NCBI RefSeq assembly: GCF_001194135.2
Contig: NC_068984.1
Location: 64,670,579 to 64,734,578, forward strand
Source: Octopus bimaculoides
Lineage: Eukaryota
DNA length: 64,000 nt
Reading direction: 5' to 3'
The translations under genes were made by a program, and so were the position numbers. Below are positions 12,893 to 24,639 of this stretch, in pieces. A model generated the notes under the pieces. The model was not told the origin of the DNA and searched no databases. It worked only from the letters and a program-made list of their open reading frames with translations. How positions within the stretch are numbered: the stretch's first letter is position 1; every line of letters begins with the position of its first letter.

Positions 12893-13645
12893 GTATGTAT
12901 GTATGTATGATTTATCTTTCAGTTTTATTTAATTTCTTCTTGAGAGATTTCAAGCCAGCCTCTACAAAGCGACAAGACATTTTGAGTTAAGAGAGTTCCA
13001 GGTGTTTGTAAATATGCGGTTGAGTTGGTGTGTTAGTTGAACTGTTGATGCAGACATCTAAGTGTGTGCATCTATTCACATAGGAATCTCATATGGAGAA
13101 TTTTGGGAATGTTTTGCAAATCTTCACTGTGCTACTAACATATTTGGATTTGGAGAGTATGTATATTTATGACACCAACCAAGAGTATTTCTGCTTCATT
13201 CCATCTACAGAAAGTCATATAGCAAAGAAAGAATGACAGCATATGATGACCAACCAGTTTTCTATTTGCTTATATATATATTACAAAAGTTTAACAAAAA
13301 CACAACAAACGGAAAATTTTATAAAAACATAAATAGAAAAATTCGTAGCTTATTCCTCATCTGTCAACGTCCCAAAACCCTTATAATTTCATGTCTTTAT
13401 ATGTGTCTAAGTGTGTGTGTGTGTGTGCATACACACACACCCACATACATATTGTGTGCGCGCGTGTATGTGTACACATAGAGAGAAACAAAGAACTGCA
13501 GTGTCAGAACAAGAGAAAAAGAAAGGGAAAAAGCAAAAAAGAAAGGAGGAAAAAAAGAACAATCAAGTCTCATTTATATTTGATAATTGGATAAGCATAT
13601 TAGCAATTAGGTTTGATCCAGTATCAAATTACACAAGTCTTTCTG

Positions 13646-13679
<34 letters not shown>

Positions 13680-14936
13680 TTGCTCTAATGTGTGTGTGTG
13701 CATAATATGTACTTCGCTTTTAACCAGCTGAAGTAACAAATCTTGTGTTATTCTTTATTTGTTTATCAAAATGAAGCCTACTTAATCCACGAAACTGTTG
13801 GAATTACGCTGGTAAATGGATAGTAAAACTTCTAAATGAAATCTCGACAGGGAAAGGTCGTGCACTACACAAGATTATCCTGATTTTTCTTGGCACTAAT
13901 CAGTTGAAAGATATTTCATTCATATAACGTGTTTTGATCGGCCTACTACAAATACAATCTTTGCTGAAGTTAAGCCTTCCAAGGTAACGAGACATTCGTT
14001 AATTATACAATGACCCTGAATGATTGCAGAACAAAAACATTAAAGAAAAATAATGAGAGAGAGAGAAAAACAGACAGACAGAGCAGTAGCAATGTCGAGA
14101 AGTGCAGCCCTTGGATTCAGCTATTAAGAAACTAATTCAACTTCATCTGCAAGGGAAATGAAATAGAAAGAAAATTTCAGCGTTCACTGAGTGGAAAACT
14201 GTTATAACCAACGCCCTCTTGAATGGAAAAGTGGAACATTATTCGCTTGAAAGGAAATTTAGACCAACTGTACTTGAGTGGAAAATTAACTTGACACTTC
14301 TCAGCTATGGGGAAACAACAACAACAACAATAATAATAATAATAATCATAAAAATTCCAGCAAACCTAATACTCCAAGAAGAAGCAATACTCAAGAGTCT
14401 CACTTTAAATGATAGTAAGGACGTTGCTATTGTGAGAGTTGGGTGGTAATATGTTATGGGGATGTGACAGAGTGAAGCTGGGGTGCTGCAGGAGGGAATT
14501 GGTGCCGAACGGTACAACAGTTGAAGTATGATATGGAAAATTGATAATATTGGTGCCGTTACCAATATCTACACCACTACTACAACCAGTAGTAGTAGTA
14601 GGAAAAAAATTCACAATTAGCAACATTTAAATCATTAAATTAGGAAGTAGGTATGTGTATGTGTGTGAATGCGCGTCAGTTTTAGTAGTAATTTTAAAGA
14701 CATTTTAAGAATAACACCAGAATATTTGCTGAATGGGTGAGGTTAGAAGTCAAACTATAAAGGTTTTTTTATTTTTATTTATTTTTTTAATTTTATTTTC
14801 TAGGACTTTGAAGTTTTACCCGACGACATATTCAACTAACTACGTAAATAAGCTGTTACGCAAAGCTGAATGAAGGTACTTGTTAAAATGAATTTTATAA
14901 CACAGTGCAAGAAAAAAAAAAAAAAACAAAGATGAG

Positions 14937-15155
14937 ATAATCCCTTCTACTCTAGGTACAAGGCCCGAAATTTTGGGAGAGGGGTCAAGTCGATGGGATC
15001 GACACCAGTACGCAACTGGTTCTTAATTTATCGACCCCGAAAGAATGAAAGGTAAAGTTGACCTCAGCGGAATTTGAACTCAGAACGTAAAGACAGACAA
15101 AATACCGTTAAGCATTTCGCCCGGCGTGCTAACGATTCTGCCAGCTCGCCGCCTT
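14937..15155 (-). mobile_element. SINE family C (tRNA head, Meta-like core), well preserved
   Basis: Reverse complement: gcgagctggcagaatcgttagcacg...ctgagttcaaattcc...cctttcattctttcggggtcgataaattaagaaccag...cccaaaatttcgggccttgtacctagagtagaa. Confidence 0.9.
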
Positions 15156-15334
15156 ACAAAGATGAAATAATAAAACAAAGACTGTATTAGGTTGGTGCTC
15201 AGGAAGCGGAAAAGAAAAGAGAACAAAAAGACAAGGAACTGTCTCTTACGCTTCGGATATTCACTCATCTTCAAAAAGAAAGGATAGACAAGGAGAAAAA
15301 GAACAGAGACAAAATAGTGTACTGAAATATATCG

Positions 15335-15510
15335 GTTTCAGATTTTGGTAAAAGCTAAGTCGATTACAGCTTTCAATTGGTACTTACTTTAACGACCCCG
15401 AATGGTTGAAAAGTAAAGTCGACCACGGTAGAATTTAAATTCAGAATGTAAAGACGGACGGAATGTTGCTAAGCATTTTACCCAGCGTACTAATGATTCT
15501 GCCAGTTAGC
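15335..15510 (-). mobile_element. SINE family C, degenerate copy adjacent to the previous one
   Basis: ggtacttactttaacgaccccgaatggttgaaaagtaaagtcgacc...aatgattctgccagtt. Confidence 0.8.
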
Positions 15511-15519
15511 TGTTTTAGT

Positions 15520-15725
15520 GTTGTCTACCCTAGGCGAGCCCTTGTCGAGCAGACTTAACACCAAATGTATTCCAGCTATGTGAATCCCATTTTTTCTCTT
15601 CTCAAATTAGGATTACATTGCCCCCTGTAACCTTCCTTTAGTCAAACAATAAGTTTGAGTAATATTTATGTAGCAACTATTACTTACATGTTGAGCGACC
15701 TTGTAAATAGGTCCTCATTGGCTTA
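15520..15725 (-). mobile_element. Repeat family E (retroposon-like, no recognisable tRNA head)
   Basis: Shares ccctaggcgagcccttgtcgagcagac...ttccagctatg and gcaactatt...gagcgacc...taggtcctcattgg with 31540, 41410, 55600 and 60130. Confidence 0.55.
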
Positions 15726-16761
15726 GAAACTGTTTGGAAATCTATCGGAATGGATATACCTATTAATCGGTTATCGAATAAATTCGTCACCCTATTCTAT
15801 CAATTGGTGGCCATTCTGTTATTAATCAACGGATGATAGTTCGATGAACTAATGCAGCATTTCTACAGCATTGGTAATGCCTGCCTTCTCCTCTAACATT
15901 GAATATGGGCACTACGTTTCCTTCAGACAACTATCACCGCCACCAGCACCACCAAAAACCAAAAATTCTAAGACCCTTCTTCATTCATCAAAGCCAACGC
16001 GAGATCTGTTATGTGCGCATATATGAACACGAATTTATAAAACTGAACATACTTAAATAACGAAGATCCGATTACATAAATGAATGAAAACAAATGAATA
16101 AATAAATAAATAAATAAATAAAAAGCGTATTTTCTCCACGATGTGAAAATAAAATATTAGATATTTTAACAGCACTTTAGCACTTGCAAGAAAAATCAAC
16201 TGTACTTGATAACCATCTCATAACTACTTCTCCGCAGACAGTCGTACAACAGGTGAAGTGAGAGTGGCTTACAAAAAGTAAATAAATAAATAAAAAAAGC
16301 ACATGCTATTATAAACTTATTGCGTGAGTGTCGTGGAAACACACATTTGTATATAATTACATATACACACATATAAAATCTATGTAACGGTATATGTGTA
16401 TAAGACAGCTATATATATGTATAGAGGAAAGCTAGACAAAACTGGAGGTATGTAGTAGTATAGATTGTTATCAATATCGATTATGACGAGATGTGTTAGT
16501 TATATTTATATTTGTTTATTTATCATGAAATATAAAAATAAAATATATGACTTTATTATGAAATACCCGGTTTTATTATATTAGTTCAGAAAGTTGCCTT
16601 TTTTTCGAAAATTGCTCGAGCTTTCTTCAAGTCGAATGCATCAAATTGAAAAGTGACAAAACATACATAAACGCAATCTACACATGCATATGTAGTTACA
16701 CACATACGTAGTTACATATATATATATATACACACATTTTCATATACATACACGCGTACAA

Positions 16762-16797
<36 letters not shown>

Positions 16798-17383
16798 GCG
16801 AACATATATACACATATAGATATGTATATAAATACAAATACATACACGCAGAGACACACGTATATGAATATATGTATATATTCGTGTATAGACGTGTATA
16901 CACACAAGTGTATATATGTATGCATGCATACACACATACACACACATCCATACGAACTTATTTGCAGAATCATATACACAGCCCCAGAAACGCGTCGCAA
17001 CATGCATTTCCTTCGATTATTTACATAGTAAGCTAACATTCCGTGCATCATAATTCGCAAGTAAACTCGATAAGGAAACCAGACTGTGGCGCTTACTTTA
17101 CTGCATTTGACAATTGTTCTCAATGCAAATACTGCTAGGTTTGAGGAAACAAACATGTCCGGAACAACAAAAGCTTACTGCACTCTTTGACTTCCATACA
17201 TCATACTGGTGTGCAAGTTTCTTATATAATTACCTATTCCCCTCATTCACCCATTTATCCTTCTCCCTATCTCTGTCTCTCTCTCTCTCTCTCTCACAAA
17301 CACACATCTACGTTAATATATTGATGTATATGTATAATAGAGTATTATATACATAGACGCAGGCGTCACGCGCACACGCATAT

Positions 17384-17705
17384 AGGTGCAGGTGTAACTG
17401 TATGTTAAGAAGTTGGCTTCCCAACCACATGGTCCAGAGTTCAGATCCACCGTGTGGCACCTTGGGCAACTGTCCTCAACTATAGCCTCGGATCGATCAA
17501 AGCCTTGTGAGTGGATTTGGTAGATAGAAACTCAAAGAAACCATATATATTTGTGTATGCGCGTGTGTGTGCGAGGGAAGGGGTGTAAGTGCCAGGCTTT
17601 TAAAAACGAAGTATTGGAGTTCGAATAATTAAACTAAAAATTTTTCAAGGTTATGGCCCACCATGAGAGCAGTCTAATGATTGAAACAGGTAGAGGGTGA
17701 AAGAT
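17384..17705 (+). mobile_element. SINE family A, head intact, tail degenerate
   Basis: aggtgcaggtgtaactgtatgttaagaag...gtggcaccttgggcaac...aaagccttgtgagtggatttggtag; tail aatgattgaaacagg. Confidence 0.85.
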
Positions 17706-17744
17706 TGTATATATGTGTATATATGCGTTCTGCCTAGTTTAGAA

Positions 17745-17910
17745 TAGAGGCAGCTGATGAAGGAAAAGTTCCATATGTGGCTTGTCTGTTATCCTATGTG
17801 TTCATTCTGTTGTCCGTAAAAAAAGTTCGTTTTTTTTGTGTTTTGTTTATGTTCCCGTTTCTTATGTTGTCCACGTTTCTTTTTGGTGACGTCCTATACC
17901 CGGATATGCA
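17745..17910 (+). mobile_element. Penelope-like non-autonomous repeat fragment beginning with CTGATGAAGG
   Basis: ctgatgaagg, a pyrimidine-rich body, then ttggtgacgtcctataccc; the reverse complement of 40080-40235 has the same layout (ctgatgaaggg...ttggtgaggtcctgtaccc). Confidence 0.45.
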
Positions 17911-18029
17911 TCTATATATACATGTAGATGTAGGTATGTACATATATGTATGTATATATGCATGTGCTCACATATCATTTGTATTATTATATTATCGAAT
18001 ACCACGCGTCCAATTGCAAGTAAGTTTTA

Positions 18030-18064
<35 letters not shown>

Positions 18065-18269
18065 GTAGATGTGTGTATTTTTATGTACGTTATTAAGAAT
18101 CTGCTTTATTGGGGGCGACTCCTGCTTCATATATTACTGCGTTAGTATTACATCTGATTGAGGTAGCACCATTCTCTTAGCGACGTGAAATCATGGATAA
18201 AAACTCTAGGATCTCCATATTTCGCTGTGTGTAGTTGGGAAGGCTTAAATAAGAACTTATACATGTAGC

Positions 18270-18300
<31 letters not shown>

Positions 18301-18644
18301 TCCCCCACTCTACACACACACACATACATTAATGCTTCCTTTTATCTTTAGTTATAATTTAAACAATTTCACATTAATCTACTGGTTTACTCTATACTTT
18401 TGTAGAGTACAACTTTATTATTCTTAAACAAGGATGTTGCTGATAGTGACTTCGAAGTTTCAGCCAGCTAAGCCATCGTTCTTAAACAAAAATCCGATGA
18501 TTATAAATAATAAATATATACATATATATCAAAAGACCCTCACGAGCCATATGCTCATAAAGCCTGCTTCCCGGATTCTGTGGTGTATATATCGGCACCG
18601 TTCTTGGATGGGACTCCGGTCCGCTGCAGGATTTTCTTCTTATT

Positions 18645-18790
18645 TTTTTTTTTTTGCCAACTGAGTGGACTGGGTCAAAATGAAATGAAGTGTTTTGCTC
18701 AAGAGCAGAATGCATCGCCCGGTCCAGGAATCGAAACCACAATCTTACGATCATAGGTGCAACATCTTAACCACTAACCCATGCGCCTCC
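18645..18790 (-). mobile_element. SINE family D (tRNA head plus CORE-like domain), 3' truncated
   Basis: Reverse complement ggaggcgcatgggttagtggttaag...ggtttcgattcctggaccgggcg...tcttgagcaaaacacttcatttcattttgacccagtccactcagttgg. The head resembles family B; the body is CORE-like. Confidence 0.7.
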
Positions 18791-18995
18791 ATACACACAC
18801 ACACACACACACACGTATATATGTGTGTGTGTGTTTATGTGCATATATCAGTGTATAAATATGTAATATATGTCTAGATATATGTATATAAATTTAGAGA
18901 AACTACGTCACGAAAAACACCTATCAAGCCAAGCAACTCTTAAAAGCACGTCTTCTCCATGAATGAACATAGAAGAGCCACAAAGTGAAACTGAA

Positions 18996-19039
<44 letters not shown>

Positions 19040-20387
19040 AGTTGGACGTGAAAAAAGGAAATTGAAAGACTTCCCAGCACTCCTTATGTAATGAAGCTTT
19101 CCGAATTTTCAGTCAAACTGACAGTCAAAACAGTTGTTATTGCTCTTGACTGATTGACAAGCAATCATTACCCAATATCACTAATACAAATAGCAGTTTG
19201 TGCTGTTGGAAAAAATGGTGTACGTATTTCCGCGCATAGTGCACGTGTATACGTGCGTGTGCGCGTGTGTCTGTGAATGTGTGAGAGAGAGAGAGAGTAA
19301 ACAAACATCAAAACAAAAGCCCAGTTACGCAACAAGCAAGAAACAAAAAAGTGTTCAAGTCAAAGGAGCGGCAGAGATCTAACAGAATACCTCCCACACA
19401 CACACACCTACACAATGGTAAAGAACATCTAAGACTACAATCTATGTATATAGTGTAGATATGCAATTCTCTCCTCACCTCTCTCTCTATGTATCTTACA
19501 CACATACACACGCGCACACACACACGCACACTATACGTAGGTAAGCAGCCGCACGAAGACAATTTTACGCCCATACGTATAATTTTCATTCCATACTGTT
19601 TCTTTTTCTGTTAATTTTGTGACGACCTATGTCAACCAGATGTGTTTGCTCACACGCATTTCACCATCTCTTGCTTGATAATACCTATGATCCTTGACAT
19701 TCCAAATAACACTACTATATTCTGGTTTAAAGTAATACACAAACTACATATGTTTCGAATGGTATATTTGAAATTCTTTTACTGCCTTATAAGGTCAGGT
19801 CATAGCTTAATTTCATTCTGCATTTCTTTATTGGGCATTTTCGGTGTTTCGATAATTATGATTTTTATTGTGAAGCACATAAATAACAGTTATCTATTTA
19901 TGTTTGCATGCGTCTGTAAGTGTGTATGTATATGTAATTTAAAAAGTTGTAGGTGTTCACATTAACAAAAGCCATAGTAGTTATCTACTCTTTCTATATA
20001 CGTGAGTGTGTATGTGTAGTAGTGGTAGTAGTAGTAAAATACATTAAATTATATAGCCCAGTAATGATAATACATCGTAATTCTCAGTTCCATATCCATG
20101 GTTGCCAAACAATCAGCATTAAAATTTCAAGTTAAAGTTTCACGATCATCCAATATTACTTGAACATCAGCAGCATATTTGAATCGGAGCTTTCATACTC
20201 TCTACTTTTCCATCTCGTTTTTAACCCACTATGAGACACTCTCGAACTTTAAAGTGACGTTAGCTCACTGTAACGTATAACAAAACACTCGCTGATACGG
20301 TCAAAATTTCAACTCGTTAACTTTTACAATTTAACACCATTTAAAATTCTAGCTCTCTTTATTTTTAACTGACCAAACAGTAATAAA

Positions 20388-20481
20388 CTCACCCTTGGGC
20401 GAGTGTATTCTACTATAGCCGCGGGCCAACCAAAGACTAATGAGTGGATTTGGTAGGCGGAGACTGAAAGAAGCTCGTCAC

Positions 20482-20520
<39 letters not shown>

Positions 20521-20696
20521 TATGTTTGTCCCCACCACCATTGCTTGACAACCGATGTTGGTGTGTTTAAGTCCTCGTAACCTAGCGGTTCGGCAAAATG
20601 GAACGATAGAATAAGTACAAGGCTTAAAAAAAGAATAAGTCCTGAGGTCGATTTCTTCGACTCAAAAACTCTTTAAGGAGGATCTCCAGCATGCAG
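20388..20696 (+). mobile_element. SINE family A, 5' truncated, ends at a gap
   Basis: cccttgggcgagtgtattctactatagccgcgggccaaccaaag...(TG)n...cgtaacctagcggttcggcaaaa...ctccagcatg. Confidence 0.88.
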
Positions 20697-21584
20697 NNNN
20701 NNNNNNNNNNNNNNNNNNNNNNNNNNNNNNNNNNNNNNNNNNNNNNNNNNNNNNNNNNNNNNNNNNNNNNNNNNNNNNNNNNNNNNNNNNNNNNNNNNNN
20801 NNNNNNNNNNNNNNNNNNNNNNNNNNNNNNNNNNNNNNNNNNNNNNNNNNNNNNNNNNNNNNNNNNNNNNNNNNNNNNNNNNNNNNNNNNNNNNNNNNNN
20901 NNNNNNNNNNNNNNNNNNNNNNNNNNNNNNNNNNNNNNNNNNNNNNNNNNNNNNNNNNNNNNNNNNNNNNNNNNNNNNNNNNNNNNNTATATATATATAT
21001 ATATATATATGTAATTGATATTTGAATAAGAAGTCGGATTTATAAACACCCGATAAATTGATTGTTCCCCTTCTACCTTGAATATGAAACTGTCACAAAC
21101 AGAATATGTAATTTAATATGTATATAATACATATGCGCTTTGGTTCAGTGAAACCTGGTAGAATCCATTTAGAAAATGCACCAAATATATATTATTTATA
21201 CACAGACGAGTGTGAGTGAGTGAGTGTGTGTAGATTTGCTGTGAATGACTCTTGCGAGCGATACTCAGAGTCTCAGAATCAAATGTCAAATCGGTCAGAT
21301 GTTCGTTATGACTCATGGGGCACATCTCAACGACAAGAAACGTACTTACAAAATAAAACAATTCCCGAGAGAGCCATTAACACCATATCTACAAAATATA
21401 TTTCACATAAAATATTCAGTGCTGACACTTGCACTAATTATACGTACTGCAAGTAAGTGTGTGTGTATGTATGTATGTATGTATGTTTGAAAAAAGCCCC
21501 TCTGACAAAAGCCCCATAGTTAAGGTATGAAAGTGAACAAAAGCCCCACGGTTATATTTTTCGATTATTTTTTCGTTCTTTTCA

Positions 21585-21750
21585 CCTTTTACTTGTTTCA
21601 GTCGTTGGACTGCGGCCATGCTGGGGCACCGCCTTGAAGAATTTTTAGTTGAACCTATCGACCCCAGAATTTCTTTTTTTTTTTCTACTTGCTGCAGTTA
21701 TTAGACTACAGCCATGTTGGGACACCACCTTGAAGAATTTTTAGTCGAAT
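21585..21750 (-). mobile_element. Two tandem SINE family A tail fragments
   Basis: acttgtttcagtcgttggactgcggccatgctggggcaccgccttgaagaatttttagt, followed by ttagactacagccatgttgggacaccaccttgaagaatttttagtcg. Confidence 0.85.
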
Positions 21751-22473
21751 NNNNNNNNNNNNNNNNNNNNNNNNNNNNNNNNNNNNNNNNNNNNNNNNNN
21801 NNNNNNNNNNNNNNNNNNNNNNNNNNNNNNNNNNNNNNNNNNNNNNNNNNNNNNNNNNNNNNNNNNNNNNNNNNNNNNNNNNNNNNNNNNNNNNNNNNNN
21901 NNNNNNNNNNNNNNNNNNNNNNNNNNNNNNNNNNNNNNNNNNNNNNNNNNNNNNNNNNNNNNNNNNNNNNNNNNNNNNNNNNNNNNNNNNNNNNNNNNNN
22001 NNNNNNNNNNNNNNNNNNNNNNNNNNNNNNNNNNNNNNNNNNNNNNNNNNNNNNNNNNNNNNNNNNNNNNNNNNNNNNNNNNNNNNNNNNNNNNNNNNNN
22101 NNNNNNNNNNNNNNNNNNNNNNNNNNNNNNNNNNNNNNNNNNNNNNNNNNNNNNNNNNNNNNNNNNNNNNNNNNNNNNNNNNNNNNNNNNNNNNNNNNNN
22201 NNNNNNNNNNNNNNNNNNNNNNNNNNNNNNNNNNNNNNNNNNNNNNNNNNNNNNNNNNNNNNNNNNNNNNNNNNNNNNNNNNNNNNNNNNNNNNNNNNNN
22301 NNNNNNNNNNNNNNNNNNNNNNNNNNNNNNNNNNNNNNNNNNNNNNNNNNNNNNNNNNNNNNNNNNNNNNNNNNNNNNNNNNNNNNNNNNNNNNNNNNNN
22401 NNNNNNNNNNNNNNNNNNNNNNNNNNNNNNNNNNNNNNNNNNNNNNNNNNNNNNNNNNNNNNNNNNNNNNCTT

Positions 22474-22558
22474 TAACCCTAACCCTAACCCTAGGGTTAG
22501 GGTTAGAGTTAGGGTTAGGGTTAGGGTTAGGGTTAGAGTTAGGGTTAGGGTTAGGATT
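22474..22558. repeat. Interstitial telomere-type repeat, (TAACCC)3 joined back-to-back to (TTAGGG)~11
   Basis: Read directly: taaccctaaccctaacc-ctag-ggttagggttagagttaggg..., with two TTAGAG variant units. Confidence 0.95.
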
Positions 22559-24639
22559 AATTGTTTCAGAATCGTTTGTTTATGTAGTCGGCACTTAATG
22601 TATATCGGCTGAATGGACGTCAGTGATTGGTTGAAATTACAGAAATACGACAACTTTAACATGGAATAATTTATGGATTTCTTTTTTTTTAAAGAAGACT
22701 AAGAGAAAAAGATGTTTTATATGACACATTCTACCAGTGTTCCAAGTTTCAAAGTGTTTCGTTAATGAAAAATGTGGCCCCCGTTTTAAAAAAGATCCAT
22801 ACATTGAACTAAAAGTTCTAAAAAGTAACCGAAAAATATAACCGTGGGGCTTTTGTCCTAAGAGGCTTTTGTCCTAGGGAGCTTTTGTCCGGACCCTATG
22901 TATGTACTGTATGTGTGTATGGATGTACTTGTGTGTGTGCGTGTAGATGTTTCATTACACATATAATTAATATACACGCATACATCAGATATATTCAGGT
23001 ATGTTAAAGCACATATATCAATGTGTGTGTGCGCGTGCGCTTCAATAAGTTGATATACGAAAGACGAAAACATGGTTGATTTTTTATTTGTCGAGGTCCT
23101 GCAGCTTCCCAACTCATCGTTATGTAAAAACAGCACTGAGAGAAACGTCAACAGAAGAAAGGAGAACATGGAAAAGACCACGGGCCATATTGCGTTGAAC
23201 TTTTCAGGATGACCTGAAGGCGGTCAAAAGACACTGGAAAAACAGAACACATAACCGATCGAAAACACTTGAGGACTGCCGTATACACACGCTGATGGAC
23301 GGACTAACTAACTAAATATCTCCACTCTTTCTTTCTTTCACTTTTTCCTTCTTTAGTTTTTCAGTGTTTATTCCTCAAGTTGATTACTGTCTGAATTTTT
23401 ATCGGATCGTTTTCAGACAGAATCATGTCTCCACAGAATTGAGAGAAACATACTCGTTGGAATCGGGAGACTTCAAGTCGGACATCTGGATGTTATGTAA
23501 TCGTAACATTTCTTGTCTAACTTAACAAAATGGTTTATTATTTTTTATTCGACTCGCATAAACAAATGTAATATATACAGTACAAAATCAGAAGCAGAAT
23601 GGCTTCACATAAAACATACACCACACACACACATACACACAAGCATATAGTATACAGACATGTGTACTTATTTTCAAGCCTCACCAAAAAAAATTCGTTA
23701 ATTCAATGCACTTAGAAATAAATATTCTATCAACAAAAAATTTTTTTTTCCTATGTGATTTATATTTATTTAGATACACAGAAACACGAACGCATGCAAA
23801 TAAATTTCAGTATGGACTATCTTTGTTAAGATATATGTTGGCTGTTTTGACCGACCAACTGACTAATAGCAAGGGTGTAATTGTAAATCAAGGTAAAAGA
23901 AATGAAGATTGAAAGAAGCAAAAAAGATAGATCTAATGTACGCGCAACTGCGTGCCTTTCCACCACCATTCCGCTCTTTAAATCTCATGAAGGTTTTGCA
24001 GATCTGTTTACTGTTCTAGCTTTGAAACCTATTTGAAGTGGGTGAATTACAGAGTCGTACTCTGCATTTTTTTTTACCAAGAACACAACATCAGTTATGC
24101 TTTGTTCAACGCCAGGAGTTACCATAACCAGTGATTCTGATAATTATTAGGATGCAAGCTAAATGTCTACTTTGGATACTACGGTTACCACTCTTTCTCT
24201 CCCTCACCCCCACACACACAACAGTAGTCCGCAAAATCTCCTTTTTGTAGTTTTGTTTCCACTCAACATTGACATCGATATCAAATGGATAAACTAACTC
24301 CCACGCAACAAAGTGGAAAGCAAGATCCTGCCTGTCCTGGCGAATAGAGTCTAAAACGCGGATGCGTTTCACGCATGATTTTATACGCTTGCGTTGATAA
24401 TTGACTTATCGGAATATGACTGTTCTTACCTTGTATGTGTATGCATAGTGAGTGTGTGTGTGTTTGTGCGAGAGAGTTCAGTATACTGCAACGAATGTAA
24501 ATGTTTGAAACATTGCTGTATATACCCAAAGTTTTCTACAAAATGGCATAATTATACGAACAACCTATTTTTTGCATTGTTAGCTCACATCAGGTCTCAC
24601 TCAAACTCGCTCTCCTGTACACAGATCGCGGCTTACATT

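Larger units (their letters stand above)
21486..22896. mobile_element. Foldback/MITE-like DNA element with GACAAAAGCCCC subterminal repeats and an internal telomere-like palindrome
   Basis: About 36 bp inverted repeat (21537-21573 vs 22820-22856, acaaaagccccacggttatattttt), three GACAAAAGC-like motifs at each end, right terminus ...gtccggaccc|TA, flanked on both sides by (TATG)n. Interrupted by SINE A tails and a 720 bp gap. Confidence 0.7.

Noticed and set aside
14185-14290. CRISPR-like array
   Set aside because: The repeat is only ~11 bp, imperfect and irregularly spaced, in a eukaryotic context with no cas genes.
22474-22558. Chromosome end-to-end fusion scar
   Set aside because: The orientation is (CCCTAA)n then (TTAGGG)n, opposite to a telomere fusion, and the array lies inside an element with inverted ends.
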